A stretch of 62,113 bases of DNA from a virus (IMGVR_UViG_3300049854_000015:1-62113); one strand, 5' to 3'. Positions 18,408 to 29,083 are shown, numbered from the stretch's first letter. Made by a program: numbers and translations. The notes: generated by a model from the letters alone, not told the origin.

Positions 18408-21400
18408 ATGGCGTTAGCCTATAGGACAAAAGCTCAGGCCGCGTTAGGGAGCGGTGATCCGATCAACTGCGCGTTCACGACGACGACGGGCGATACGCTA
18501 TTGGTCTGTTGTATTGTAGGCGCGACGACGACGAGTAGGACGGGCGGTGCGCCTACGTGGGGGGCAGGCGGGACGCCTTTTATTCAGGCTGGTACAACTC
18601 AGGCTGGCAGTGCAGAGTGTACGGCAGAACTTTGGTATCTTAAAAATCCTGCTATTAAAGCAGACAATATCGTCGTGCAGAATGACGGGACTTTAGAACT
18701 GCGCGTCGATGCCTGTGTGTTCACGGGCCAGAGTCCGAATCTTGACCAGGTAACGCAAACGGGCACAAGTGCAGCGCAGGCTACATTGACACTGAATAAT
18801 GTCCCTGCCGGTTCGGTGGTGGTCGATGTCTTGGGTCATGGTCGATTGGCCGCACCTACGGAAGATGGGGATGGTACGGCACTCTACAACGACGATGAGG
18901 GGGCTTATTCGGCTAACTGCGGCTATTCCGAAAAGGTGGCTGCCGGTACGGTGACTCATTCATGGACGGCTTCAAATACTGACGACGTGGCGATGGTCAT
19001 GGCGTCCTTCAAAGAGGACGTTCAGTCAATCAATGTCAATGACGCCGTGGGGCTAACGGATGTACCAACGATGAGCATACCCGTCCTATTGGTTTTGGTT
19101 GCTTCACTGATAGGACTGACGGATTACACTCAGGTCGTTCGGCATCCGCTTGACGTGAATGTTTCGGATAATGTCAGTTTAACGGATTCCGTGAAGTTTT
19201 CACAGATTCCCTATCTCGTCACGGACCAAATCACGAGCTTTATCAATGCCGGCTACCGCTTCCAACGTAAATTAGCCCGAACGTCGAACGGGGATTTGCA
19301 CTGTATCTATACTCGCAATACCAACAGGGTTTATTATGCCAAATCCGTCGATAATGGTGAAACATGGACCGAGACTCAACTTGATAGTTATAGTGGTTCC
19401 GAAACTCCCTGCATTGCAATAGATGGAAACGATTATCTTCATGTTGCTTGGATAGGCTCTGATGGTGTAAGCAATGAGGATCAGCTTCGCTATCGGAAGT
19501 TCACAACTTCCTGGCAAGCCGTAGAGACCTTGACAACCGAAGGGGATTATGAGCAGACAACCGGCCCCGCGATAGTGATTGATTCCAGCAACGTCATTCA
19601 TATTGTTTGGTGTGGCAAGGATAGTAGCTTGTCGCCAACTTATGCTCAGGTTCGTTATATCAAGAACACAGGTTCTTGGAGTGCGATTTCAAATCTAACA
19701 AGCGGCAATTATACACAGGAGTATGCATGTCTTGCAATCGGACCCAATGATAATCTTCATGTGGCTTGGCGAGGTAATCATGCAGGTTCCACAACCTATA
19801 CGAGAGCACGCTATATAAGATATACGGATGCTTGGCAAAGTATAGAGGATTTAACGAGCGATGATTATCATAGTTGGGACCCATGCCTTGCCGTCGATTC
19901 TTCCGGTAACATACATTGCGTTTATACAAAGGCTGCTACGATATTTGTTAATGGTGATATCAAGTATCGAATACGAACAACTTCTTGGCAAGGCGAAGTC
20001 GATATTACGACCGAAGGAGCAGTCAGTAGTTATGACCAACTTGATTCCGGCATTGCTATTGATGGAGCTGGAAATCTGCACGTCGCATGGGAAGGTGAGC
20101 ATGCCGGCTCGCCCACAATATATCAAGTCCGCTACCGGCTCTATAACGGATCCTGGCAGGCGATTGAAAATCTGACGAGTTATTCAGTTGATCAACGAGT
20201 ACCCAACTTGATTTGGGCCTATTGGCCTCTTATCGCTGGAAACAGAACGAATCGCCCAGCGATGGGTTATGCTTTTATCTGGGCGAATGATGATGCAGAA
20301 ATCCGCTATCAGTCGAGTAGCGATTTGGGCTGGGAAGTATCGAGTATCGTTTATGATTTAGTCGATATTACCGATGAAGTCGCAGCCGAGATTATAACAG
20401 GCGCAGTGTTGAATGCCAGCGCATTTGATGATGTTAGCCTTACGGATGAAGTCGCTGCTGAATTGACGCTCTATGAAATTGCCGGGAATGATAGTGTTAC
20501 GGTGACTGACGATGCGCAAGCGGTTCCTTCGCCCCAAATAAATGTCGCTGATGATGTAGGTATTTCGGATGAAGTCCCGGTACAACTGGCTCTCTATGAA
20601 ATCGCCGTCAGTGACTTAGTGGACGTAGCCGAGGCTGTAACCAGCGAAGTAAGCTACTATGAAATCTCCGTTTTTGATTCTATCAATGCAACCGATATTA
20701 CCGGCGATGCTTTAACTGTCTATGAAATCTCAGTCTTTGATTCTGTTGTTACAACGGATACTACAGAAGCCAGTCTGACTCTCTATGAGGCTGCCGCATT
20801 CGATTTATGCGATGTGGCGGAGTTTGTCTGGTTGTTACCGCCGACATCACTGGAAATCTCCGTCTTTGATTTGGTGCATATCCACCCGGCTTATCGCAGA
20901 CCGGTCCTGGATGATAGTATTGGTATTACAGATTCAGTCGCGCTCGAAACAACGCCGCTATTGGTATCGGTGTTTGATTCTATCGGCACAACCGATGCGC
21001 CAAATGCCTACCTTACGCTTTGGAGTCCTTACGTATCAGATACTATACCAATAACGGATGGTGTTATTGCGAGCCTGACCCTCTATGAAGCCATTGTTTA
21101 TGATGATATTGTCGTAACGGATAATATTACTCTAAGTCCAGAATGGGGCGTCAATGTCAGTGATTCTGTTGCACTAAGCGACCAGCCTTTAATTTCAATT
21201 CCTGTTCTGGAAATATCCGTCTATGATGATATTGGCCTGACGGATTATACCGCGCAAGAACTAACATACTATGAAGTCCTTGCGCCTTCGATTCCGCCCG
21301 ATGAAATTTCAATAGACGAATGGGTAAAACTGGAACTTAGCTATTATGAGATTTCGGTTAATGATTCTGTAGGCGTATCAGATTCCAACTCGCAATATAT

Positions 21401-21920
21401 TACTAATTGGCAGGCATCTGTTTTTGATTCGATGGCCGTCACTGACTATGTTGAAGTCATACTTGTTGGTGCAGGGCTTCGAGCCGTCAATGTGGCAGAT
21501 ACGATAGGATTGACGGATGTAACTACGGACGCATTGACACTGTACGAGATCGCGGCCTATGACACTATTGCTGTTTCGGATAGTACGAACGATTACATTA
21601 CAGTCTGGAATCTATCAGTTTCAGATAATCTTGCCGTTACGGATTCTGTAGGAGCATTTTTTACATTCTATCAGGTATTAGTCGGCGATTCGATAAACGT
21701 CACTGATTATGTATTGGCAGACCGTTCCGGGATTATACGACAAGTTAATGTATTCGATACGATTGCCCTGACTGATTCGGCGAGTGTGGCATGGATTATC
21801 TATCCATTCTTGCAGGCCACTTTGGACGTAGCGGCTAATGAGTCTATCTTGGTTTGCCGGGATACAGGGAGCGTTGTGGATGTGGCGGATACAGGAAGTC
21901 TTTTGACTGTGACGAGGTAA
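18408..21920 (+). CDS. Large virion fibre/adhesin-like protein with beta-propeller repeats and long acidic repeats
   Basis: AID..(G/N).LHV.W repeats and SVDNGETW Asp-box; many ~21-aa V.DS(I/V)..TD repeats. Confidence 0.75.
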   Translation: MALAYRTKAQAALGSGDPINCAFTTTTGDTLLVCCIVGATTTSRTGGAPTWGAGGTPFIQAGTTQAGSAECTAELWYLKNPAIKADNIVVQNDGTLELRVDACVFTGQSPNLDQVTQTGTSAAQATLTLNNVPAGSVVVDVLGHGRLAAPTEDGDGTALYNDDEGAYSANCGYSEKVAAGTVTHSWTASNTDDVAMVMASFKEDVQSINVNDAVGLTDVPTMSIPVLLVLVASLIGLTDYTQVVRHPLDVNVSDNVSLTDSVKFSQIPYLVTDQITSFINAGYRFQRKLARTSNGDLHCIYTRNTNRVYYAKSVDNGETWTETQLDSYSGSETPCIAIDGNDYLHVAWIGSDGVSNEDQLRYRKFTTSWQAVETLTTEGDYEQTTGPAIVIDSSNVIHIVWCGKDSSLSPTYAQVRYIKNTGSWSAISNLTSGNYTQEYACLAIGPNDNLHVAWRGNHAGSTTYTRARYIRYTDAWQSIEDLTSDDYHSWDPCLAVDSSGNIHCVYTKAATIFVNGDIKYRIRTTSWQGEVDITTEGAVSSYDQLDSGIAIDGAGNLHVAWEGEHAGSPTIYQVRYRLYNGSWQAIENLTSYSVDQRVPNLIWAYWPLIAGNRTNRPAMGYAFIWANDDAEIRYQSSSDLGWEVSSIVYDLVDITDEVAAEIITGAVLNASAFDDVSLTDEVAAELTLYEIAGNDSVTVTDDAQAVPSPQINVADDVGISDEVPVQLALYEIAVSDLVDVAEAVTSEVSYYEISVFDSINATDITGDALTVYEISVFDSVVTTDTTEASLTLYEAAAFDLCDVAEFVWLLPPTSLEISVFDLVHIHPAYRRPVLDDSIGITDSVALETTPLLVSVFDSIGTTDAPNAYLTLWSPYVSDTIPITDGVIASLTLYEAIVYDDIVVTDNITLSPEWGVNVSDSVALSDQPLISIPVLEISVYDDIGLTDYTAQELTYYEVLAPSIPPDEISIDEWVKLELSYYEISVNDSVGVSDSNSQYITNWQASVFDSMAVTDYVEVILVGAGLRAVNVADTIGLTDVTTDALTLYEIAAYDTIAVSDSTNDYITVWNLSVSDNLAVTDSVGAFFTFYQVLVGDSINVTDYVLADRSGIIRQVNVFDTIALTDSASVAWIIYPFLQATLDVAANESILVCRDTGSVVDVADTGSLLTVTR

Positions 21921-21924
21921 AGTT

Positions 21925-22215
21925 ATGGCCTTTTTAATTGGCGATACAATACGATTGAGCGCGACGATTAAGAACCTTGACGGCAACGAGCAGGCCCCGG
22001 CGGCTATTACCGTGACGGTCTATCGGGAAGATGGTGCGACCAAATTACTCGATGCTGGCGTGCCGACGCTCAAGGGCGGGACGACGGCGCAGTATTATTA
22101 CGATTGGACGATTCCGGCAGCTACACTCATTTATGCCGAGACATTGAATGCCCTATGGAGTTGGACGGGACCGCACAAAAAAGTAATAGCATTTGAAGTA
22201 GGGATGCCAATATGA
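21925..22215 (+). CDS. Small Ig-like virion protein
   Basis: IGDTIRL...YYYDWTIP pattern. Confidence 0.55.
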   Translation: MAFLIGDTIRLSATIKNLDGNEQAPAAITVTVYREDGATKLLDAGVPTLKGGTTAQYYYDWTIPAATLIYAETLNALWSWTGPHKKVIAFEVGMPI

Positions 22216-22751
22216 GCATAGAAAGCCCAGTGACACTCGATGAAGCTAAAGACCATCTTCGTGTGGTCGGTACGGATGATGACCAATATATCAATGGCCT
22301 GCTTTTAGCGGCTACTGAATGGGCGGAAAAATTCCAGAACAGGACGTATGTACTTCGGCCCCGAAGTATGGAGTTAGATGCTTTTCAAACTATTATCTGT
22401 CCTCCTTATCCTCCACTCTGGTCGGTAACATCCATTTCATACGTTGATACGAACGGAACGACACAGACTCTTGCAGAAGCCTATTATCGCGTGAATACAG
22501 GCAGCGAACCGGGAAGGATTACAGAGGCATACAACTACTATTGGCCAGATACCAGGGCTGTTACAGGAGCTGTGACTATTAGTTACATTGCAGGCTATGG
22601 TACGGCGGCTAAAGTGCCCGATGACGTGAAGGCAGCTATCAAACTTATCGTGGGGCATTTGTACGAGCACCGTGAGGCCGTCAGTGAAGTGACCTTAAAC
22701 GAAGTGCCGATGGCGGCAAAATCGCTGCTGTGGCCGAATAGGATATTTTGA
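22212..22751 (+). CDS. Head-tail connector (HK97 gp6-like)
   Basis: PVTLDEAKDHLRV...DD.YI..L; AGYG...VP..VK.AI..IVGHLYEHRE. Confidence 0.92.
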   Translation: MSIESPVTLDEAKDHLRVVGTDDDQYINGLLLAATEWAEKFQNRTYVLRPRSMELDAFQTIICPPYPPLWSVTSISYVDTNGTTQTLAEAYYRVNTGSEPGRITEAYNYYWPDTRAVTGAVTISYIAGYGTAAKVPDDVKAAIKLIVGHLYEHREAVSEVTLNEVPMAAKSLLWPNRIF

Positions 22752-23074
22752 TGCAGATAGGCAAGCTCAGACATAAGATTGAGATTCAGGCCAAAGCCGA
22801 TCCGGGTGCGCCAGATGCTTATGGCGAAGTCGTCGAGGGATGGACGACGATGCTTACGGTCTGGGGGGCTATCAATCCAGCCAGCGGTAAGGAATTGTAC
22901 GTTGCCGAGCAGGCGCAGGCCGAAGTCTCGCATGTTGTTACTCTGAGATATTGTGATTGCCTGACACCACGGCACAGATTGAAATTCGGCTCACGGATTT
23001 TCAATGTCAATTTTGTGCGGAATATGGATGAGCGGAATACTCAGCAGGAAGTCTATTGCAAGGAGGTTGTATGA
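22751..23074 (+). CDS. Head closure protein (SPP1 gp16-like)
   Basis: GKLRHKI.IQ...D.YG...W...VWGAI.P..GKE. Confidence 0.9.
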   Translation: MQIGKLRHKIEIQAKADPGAPDAYGEVVEGWTTMLTVWGAINPASGKELYVAEQAQAEVSHVVTLRYCDCLTPRHRLKFGSRIFNVNFVRNMDERNTQQEVYCKEVV

Positions 23075-23652
23075 GTACGGATACAAGATTTGCGATACAA
23101 ATTGAAGGAGCCGCTGAGATTATTGCCAAACTCCAGCAAATCGAAAAGAAGATGTCACAAAAGATTCTTCGTTCAGCTTGCCGAGAAGGAGCTAAAGTCA
23201 TTGAGAGTCAAGTGAGAGCCAATCTAAAATCAATGTCGTCAAAAAGTAAAGGCGCAACACAAATGCGCAGTCGCATGATTAAGGCTCTGGGCATTCGGGC
23301 GTGGAAGCGGCAGCGGTCTGGCGGCTATGGAGTTATGATTCGTTTCTTGCCGGAAAAAGATGATCTGCGGCGCAAGCGACCTATCGGTGTGGAGGCATTT
23401 ACGGGATACACGATGGGTTCGGCCAGCAGTATTAAAAGCAAGAAACTGGTTCAGGGTAGCACCTACTATATCCCGACGGCAATAGAATACGGTCATGCCT
23501 TTCCGGGACGAGGAGGCAAGGAAGGTTCTCCCAAAGATGTTCCGGCGAAATCTTTTTTTAGAAAGGCGTTCGATAGCGAGAAGAACAATGCGGAACGGAC
23601 GATGAGAGAAGTCATATTGGCAGGGATTGAAAAGGCTACTCATGGCGGTTGA
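23071..23652 (+). CDS. HK97 gp10-like tail component
   Basis: IEG..EI..KL; IEYGH; PAKSFFRKAFD. Confidence 0.85.
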   Translation: MSTDTRFAIQIEGAAEIIAKLQQIEKKMSQKILRSACREGAKVIESQVRANLKSMSSKSKGATQMRSRMIKALGIRAWKRQRSGGYGVMIRFLPEKDDLRRKRPIGVEAFTGYTMGSASSIKSKKLVQGSTYYIPTAIEYGHAFPGRGGKEGSPKDVPAKSFFRKAFDSEKNNAERTMREVILAGIEKATHGG

Positions 23653-24046
23653 AAAGGCAATACGCTCGATACTGATTGACGATGGGGCCGTTAGCGCTCT
23701 TGTCGGCGATAGGGTATTTCCTGTTGTGCGGCGGGAAGGTTCGGTATTGCCTGCCATTGTCTATCAGCAAATTAGCGGTGTACGGGATCATGTTTTTGCA
23801 GGTCCGAGTGGCTTCGTCGAGGCGAGGTTTCAAATCAACTGCTGGGCCGAGACTTATGAAGGGGCTGATGCCCTTGCCGATGCGGTGCGGATTGTAATGG
23901 ATGCCTATCACGGGACAAAGGAAAGCGTTGTTATCCAGTGCATCCATTTGATTGATGAGGGGGATATGCCTGTATTGTCGGCCGAGAATGAAGAACTAAG
24001 TTTTCACGGGAAACGTTTAGACTTTATGGTCTGGTTTAATGAATAA
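23642..24046 (+). CDS. Tail terminator (DUF3168-like)
   Basis: LVGDRVFP...LPAIVYQ.IS...RFQINCWA. Confidence 0.85.
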   Translation: MAVEKAIRSILIDDGAVSALVGDRVFPVVRREGSVLPAIVYQQISGVRDHVFAGPSGFVEARFQINCWAETYEGADALADAVRIVMDAYHGTKESVVIQCIHLIDEGDMPVLSAENEELSFHGKRLDFMVWFNE

Positions 24047-24106
24047 CTAACAGCATACGCGGGTTTGCTCAAGGCCCGGCCAGGCGGCGAGCGACGCAAG
24101 AATAAA

Positions 24107-24152
24107 GAAGCGGCAGTATAGGTGCCTATACCATCTATCTGCCGCTTTTTTA
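24107..24152 (+). terminator. Terminator-like hairpin in the leader of the tail tube gene
   Basis: GAAGCGGCAG...CTGCCGCTTT followed by a T-tract. Confidence 0.55.
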
Positions 24153-24182
24153 TTGCCCGCACACTCTTAAAGGAGAACAATT

Positions 24183-24590
24183 ATGAGTGACGCAACACAT
24201 GGACACGGGACGACGCTGGCCGGTACTACGGCCGGGACCATCGGAAACGTCGTTACGCTAACGATTGATGGTGTGACCATCGACATTATCGACGTTACGA
24301 CGATGGACAGCGTAAACAAGTGGAAGGAAAAACTGGCCGGCCTGAAAGACCCCGGACGGATTACCTTCACGGTGAATTATGATGGTTCGGCCTCCGGCAA
24401 TGCCAACACTATCCACAATAATCTGGGCACGTCTCAGACCTGGACGGTGACCTTCCCGGATACCAGCACCTACGCGGCAACGGGCTGGATACAGCACTAT
24501 ACCATTGCCGATCCCGTAGCGGACAAAATCAGTCAGGATGTGACGATTGAATTCACAGCCGAGCCTACGTTTACAGACGTAGCACCATAA
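24183..24590 (+). CDS. Tail tube (major tail) protein
   Basis: IDVTTMDS...KE.LAGLKDPG.ITF; lambda gpV-like position. Confidence 0.88.
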   Translation: MSDATHGHGTTLAGTTAGTIGNVVTLTIDGVTIDIIDVTTMDSVNKWKEKLAGLKDPGRITFTVNYDGSASGNANTIHNNLGTSQTWTVTFPDTSTYAATGWIQHYTIADPVADKISQDVTIEFTAEPTFTDVAP

Positions 24591-24599
24591 GGAGGTTCT

Positions 24600-24974
24600 A
24601 TGGCTCAATTGACTAAAGAGCAAGTTCTTGAGGTTAATGACATTCTCACCGAGGTCGTGAATGTTCCCGAATGGGGTGGGGAAATAACTGTAATAGTCAT
24701 GGACGGCCCAACCCGTGACGAATGGGAAATGATGCTCTATGCTGACGGCAAGGCAGATACTACGAATCGCAGGGCACGGCTCTGTGCCATGACTATCATC
24801 GACCCAAAAACGGGCAAGCGTATGTTCACCGCCGAAGAGTTATCGAAGAAATCCGGTGTCGCATTGGGCCGGATTTTTGAGTCAGCCATGCGATTGAACA
24901 AAATCGGCGCAGCCGCCCTTGAGGACGAAATAAAAAACTCCGGCGACCCTGGGAACGATTCAAGCACGACTTAG
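24600..24974 (+). CDS. Tail assembly chaperone (gpG-like)
   Basis: V.VPEWGG motif; position; ends near a slippery site. Confidence 0.85.
   Translation: MAQLTKEQVLEVNDILTEVVNVPEWGGEITVIVMDGPTRDEWEMMLYADGKADTTNRRARLCAMTIIDPKTGKRMFTAEELSKKSGVALGRIFESAMRLNKIGAAALEDEIKNSGDPGNDSSTT
24932..24938 (+). promoter_or_regulatory. -1 programmed frameshift site A AAA AAC
   Basis: In-phase heptamer (I-K-N); the -1 frame is open (LRRPWERFKHDLARSWGCSVKK) into the 25004 ORF. Confidence 0.85.
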
Positions 24975-25273
24975 CACGGTCCTGGGGCTGTTCAGTTAAG
25001 AAGATGCTATCTCAGTTGGATAGTCGGGAGCTTACGGAATGGTACGCAGATTACTTGACGGAGCCGTGGAGCGAGCGTCGCGCCGACGTGCGATGTGGCA
25101 TTATTGCGCAGATTCTCGCCGAGACGAATCGGGACAGAAAGCGCAGGCCGATGCCGTACAGGCTCGACGAGTTCATGGCCGTTCCGCCTGCCAAGACGGA
25201 GAAGAAGATTATGCCGTGGAAGGCTATGAAGATGATGCTGAAAGCTGTTTCTAAAACGATAAAGGGGAAATAA
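24938..25273 (+). CDS. Tail assembly chaperone gpT-like part, expressed by frameshift
   Basis: LDSRELTEW...EPW...RAD motif; continuous with the -1 frame. Confidence 0.8.
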   Translation, partial: LRRPWERFKHDLARSWGCSVKKMLSQLDSRELTEWYADYLTEPWSERRADVRCGIIAQILAETNRDRKRRPMPYRLDEFMAVPPAKTEKKIMPWKAMKMMLKAVSKTIKGK

Positions 25274-25274
25274 C

Positions 25275-26024
25275 GTGGTAGTTATAGAAAAGCAATGCTC
25301 TCGATGCAAACAGAATAAGCCGAAAGATGCTTTTCAAAAATCATCTACAACAAAAGATGGTTGTCATGCGTGGTGCAAAGATTGTGTAAGCATATATATG
25401 AAAGATAAGTACTCACGGCCAAATGGGAAAATATGTCCAATATGCGGCACGCCTTTGAAGGGTGGGGCGGAACGGTATTGTTCATTTGCCTGTCATGGTG
25501 CAAGTTTGCAAAAAATCAAAGTAGGTGATGTGTTTGGCGAATTGCGAGTCATAGGTAAGAAAAAAGGAGAAAGATGGGGAAAGTCAGCGTTGTGTTTATG
25601 TGAATGCTCATGCGGTGTTCAGAAATGGGTTCTATCACATAATCTTAAACAAGGAACTATCCGTGCTTGTGGCAATAGAAAAATTCATTGGAGCATGGAA
25701 AATAGCTGTAAATGGCGAGGTGGAAAAACAAAGCATGATTCTGGTTATAACATGTTCAAGTGTCCTGACCATCCTAATGCAAGACGTAGTGATGGATATA
25801 TTATGGAACATGTTTTTGTTATGTCACAACATATTGGTCGTCCCTTGACACAAAAAGAGACCGTCCATCATAAGAATGGAATTCGTGATGATAACAGGCT
25901 TGAGAATCTGGAATTATGGTCTTCAAATCATCCGCCAGGCCAAAGAGTGTCTGACATGATTAAATTTTGTAGAGAATATCTCTCTACTTATGCAAGCATA
26001 GAGAAATTACAGGAGGTGATTTAA
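25275..26024 (+). CDS. HNH homing endonuclease with Zn-finger domains
   Basis: EHVFVM..HIGRPL...ETVHHKNGIRDDNRLENL; several CxxC. Confidence 0.88.
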   Translation: MVVIEKQCSRCKQNKPKDAFQKSSTTKDGCHAWCKDCVSIYMKDKYSRPNGKICPICGTPLKGGAERYCSFACHGASLQKIKVGDVFGELRVIGKKKGERWGKSALCLCECSCGVQKWVLSHNLKQGTIRACGNRKIHWSMENSCKWRGGKTKHDSGYNMFKCPDHPNARRSDGYIMEHVFVMSQHIGRPLTQKETVHHKNGIRDDNRLENLELWSSNHPPGQRVSDMIKFCREYLSTYASIEKLQEVI

Positions 26025-28139
26025 GTGGCACTTGGGACGCTGGCGGTTAATGTTGTACTCAACAACGAAGCCTTCGAGCGCGAGATGCGCAAGACGCGGC
26101 AGTCTATCGGTTATCTCCATAAGGATGTTTCAGGCATACAACGAGCATTCTCAGCTTTTGGCCGTTTTGTGGGTGTCACTGTAGGATTTCATGCCATAAA
26201 TCAGGCAATTCGAGCTTCTATTACTGAGTTTTCAGCATTTGAAAAGAAAATGGCTGAAGTCTCGACGATGCTTGACGACCAGGCCATAAAGTTTATGCCG
26301 CAATACGACAAGGCGATTCGCCGAATGGCAATGAATTTCGGCGAGACAACGGATTCTCTTGGAACAGGTCTGCGAGAAATTCTTAGTGCCCTTATTGCTC
26401 CATCCGATGCGCTTGGAGTTCTTGAGGCATCTACGAAAGCGGCAAGGGCTGGCTTGGCAGATACGGCTACGGCTGTTGATGTTATTACTACCGTAATGAA
26501 TGCCTATAATGTCGAGGCCGCCAGAGCAACGGATATTTCAGACAAGTTGTTTGTTACTATTATTCGGGGCAAGACAACATTTCCTCAATTAGCACCAGAG
26601 ATAGGTAAGGTGGCAGCCATTGCGGCCACTGCCGGAGAATCCTTTGATGATCTGTTGGCTGTGTTTTCGGCGATGACCCGTGCAGGTCTTCAAACGGATA
26701 TTGCTATTACGTCACTTCGTGCTATCCTTTTGGATTTCCTTAAACCTCAAGAGGATTCAATAGAAGCGGCTCGCAAATACGGCGTCGAAATGAATGCGGC
26801 TACATTGCGAGCCGAGGGTCTTACGGGAGTTATCCAAAAACTCAAGAAGGCTACCGCCGAAGAATTAGTTACTATCGTCCCGACTTCTCGTGGCATAGCT
26901 GGATTTGCTGCTGCTATTCAGAAGGCAGGAGAACTTACTGAAGACTATGAATCTATGGTCAATTCGGCGGGTGAGACAGAGAAGGCGTACCAGAAAATAT
27001 CCGATACGACAGCATTTAACTTAGGGCGATTATCTCAAGAATGGGGCGAACTCAAGAAGATTTTAGGCGAGGTTATAAGTCTTCCGTTGTCGGATTGGCT
27101 TAGTTCGTCTCATAGTACTATTGTGCGTTATCTCGAAGATTTTCGGGAAGGCATACAAATTGCGACTCAATTACAGGCGATGGTTAGGCAATTTAGTAAA
27201 CCGCCCTGGCTTTTAGCTTATGAGTCAATACGAGGCGGGAAATCATCTGGGCCACGAATAACAGATGAAGCAGCCTGGCAACGATTTCTGAATTTTCAAA
27301 AGACTGCATTAGAAGCTGCCAAAACAGGCGGTGCTATTCTTGCGCCCCCAGGGATAGCGTCAGGCCGTCAGATTGACCAAAAAGCTCTTGATCGTATGGC
27401 GACTCTTGAAGAACAGCTTAGGGAGGAAATTGCTTTAACCGGCCATTTGAACGAGGCTCGCCAACACGCCAAGATGTTTATTGAGTTCGAGACTGAGGCG
27501 AATAAGGCTTATACAAAAGGCAGTGTTGAAGCTACGGATGCTATCGAGCGATTCCGCATGAAACTTGAGGACTTGGAGCAGGCACAGAGACTTTCCAGGA
27601 TTGCTGAGGATATTGGCAATTCATTCACCAGTGCTTTCGACAGGGCCATAATCGAGGGTGAAAAGCTGAGGGTTGTACTGGCCGGTATCGCACAAGACAT
27701 TGCTCGAAGTGTAGTCCACGAAACTGTTTCTGTTCCTATTGGTCAGGCTATTGCCGGGGCAATTGGCGGTCTCGGTGGGGCACTTGGCGGCGCTGGTGCT
27801 GGAATGGCCCCAAGTCCCGAAGGCGGTACGATGGGCGTAGGTTATCATCAGGGCGGTATCGTCGGCGAGACGGCACTGATGCGGAATATCTCAGGTTTGG
27901 CGATGCTCGGTGCGCCCCGTTTGCATACCGGATTGAGGCCGAATGAATTTGCGGCTGTTTTGGAGCGCGGCGAGACGGTTGTGCCCAAAGGTGACGGCAG
28001 AGGGAATCTCACAATCAATGTCAGTACCCCGGATGCTACGGCGACGCAAAGATGGCTCTGGGCGAATCGACATGGCTTCGCCGATATGATGACGGGGGCT
28101 GGCCGAGAGAATAACAAGGTGCGGAGAATGGAGCGGTAA
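26025..28139 (+). CDS. Tape measure protein (TP901-family core)
   Basis: FEKKMAEV.T, helical Ala-rich repeats, C-terminal YHQGG...LERGETV. Confidence 0.92.
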   Translation: MALGTLAVNVVLNNEAFEREMRKTRQSIGYLHKDVSGIQRAFSAFGRFVGVTVGFHAINQAIRASITEFSAFEKKMAEVSTMLDDQAIKFMPQYDKAIRRMAMNFGETTDSLGTGLREILSALIAPSDALGVLEASTKAARAGLADTATAVDVITTVMNAYNVEAARATDISDKLFVTIIRGKTTFPQLAPEIGKVAAIAATAGESFDDLLAVFSAMTRAGLQTDIAITSLRAILLDFLKPQEDSIEAARKYGVEMNAATLRAEGLTGVIQKLKKATAEELVTIVPTSRGIAGFAAAIQKAGELTEDYESMVNSAGETEKAYQKISDTTAFNLGRLSQEWGELKKILGEVISLPLSDWLSSSHSTIVRYLEDFREGIQIATQLQAMVRQFSKPPWLLAYESIRGGKSSGPRITDEAAWQRFLNFQKTALEAAKTGGAILAPPGIASGRQIDQKALDRMATLEEQLREEIALTGHLNEARQHAKMFIEFETEANKAYTKGSVEATDAIERFRMKLEDLEQAQRLSRIAEDIGNSFTSAFDRAIIEGEKLRVVLAGIAQDIARSVVHETVSVPIGQAIAGAIGGLGGALGGAGAGMAPSPEGGTMGVGYHQGGIVGETALMRNISGLAMLGAPRLHTGLRPNEFAAVLERGETVVPKGDGRGNLTINVSTPDATATQRWLWANRHGFADMMTGAGRENNKVRRMER

Positions 28140-29000
28140 ATGGCCGATGTGAATGTATATGACAATATAGGCTTGCAGGATTCTGCTTCGGCTTCGATTC
28201 CTATACTTCTCGTTTATCCCTATGATTCTATTGGCGTGACGGATTATGAGTTAGTGAATGGAATACACTACGTTAATGTTTATGATTCGATAGCACTAAC
28301 GGACGGTATCAGCCGTACCGTGACTTCGCTGCTCTTGGATATTGTCATCAATGATTTTGTCGGCGGCTCGGCCTATGTAGGTTTCGGCCAGCAATTCCCC
28401 GTTAGTAAATCCTACGAATGGAAAACAGACGTGGTAGGTTACGATAGTGGCAGGGAGCAACGCAACCAGATATTTTCTCAGCCTATCCGCCACTGGCCTA
28501 TCAACTGGCAGGCTATGGATGAAGCTTCTCGCAATAGGTTTATCGAGCTTTTCCACCGCAGCCGGGGCATGACACGGACATTTCTATTCCGGGACTGGGA
28601 CGATTATAGAGCAAATGGTATAGAGATTGAAACGAATGGAGTTGCTACCGAATACCAGCTTATCAAGGAATACTATCCATCGGAGATTGAGAGTTGGACG
28701 GAGGACAAAAAGGACATTGCGCCTACCTCGGTTTTTGCGCCTATCGTTATTCATAACGTCAATGGCGTACAGACAAGAACGCTTCTCAATCCGCCGGCGG
28801 CGGCTAATCAGTTCTTCCTCGATGACAGGACGGGTGTAATGATTTGGCGAGCAGCTTCGCCGCCTTCATCGGGGATACTTAATGTGACTTTCGAGTTCTA
28901 TTTCCGCGTGAGGTTTGCTGATGACAGGCATACGGACTTAATGTGGACACAGGACTATTGGCGCAGTGACGGCGTTGAACTTGTGGAGGTCATTACGTAG
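28140..29000 (+). CDS. Distal tail protein, DUF2460-like, with N-terminal acidic repeats
   Basis: SGREQRN, F....G....FLFRDW.DY, FEFYF.VRF..D. Confidence 0.85.
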   Translation: MADVNVYDNIGLQDSASASIPILLVYPYDSIGVTDYELVNGIHYVNVYDSIALTDGISRTVTSLLLDIVINDFVGGSAYVGFGQQFPVSKSYEWKTDVVGYDSGREQRNQIFSQPIRHWPINWQAMDEASRNRFIELFHRSRGMTRTFLFRDWDDYRANGIEIETNGVATEYQLIKEYYPSEIESWTEDKKDIAPTSVFAPIVIHNVNGVQTRTLLNPPAAANQFFLDDRTGVMIWRAASPPSSGILNVTFEFYFRVRFADDRHTDLMWTQDYWRSDGVELVEVIT

Positions 29001-29083
29001 CTCTTTGACAATTTAATACCGATATACTATTTGGCAATAAGATGCTCGGCGAGTATTTCATGGATAATGTCTGACCAGCGAAT

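Noticed and set aside
24932-24938. Programmed -1 frameshift as a novelty
   Set aside because: Real, but standard for tail assembly chaperones; listed as a feature only.
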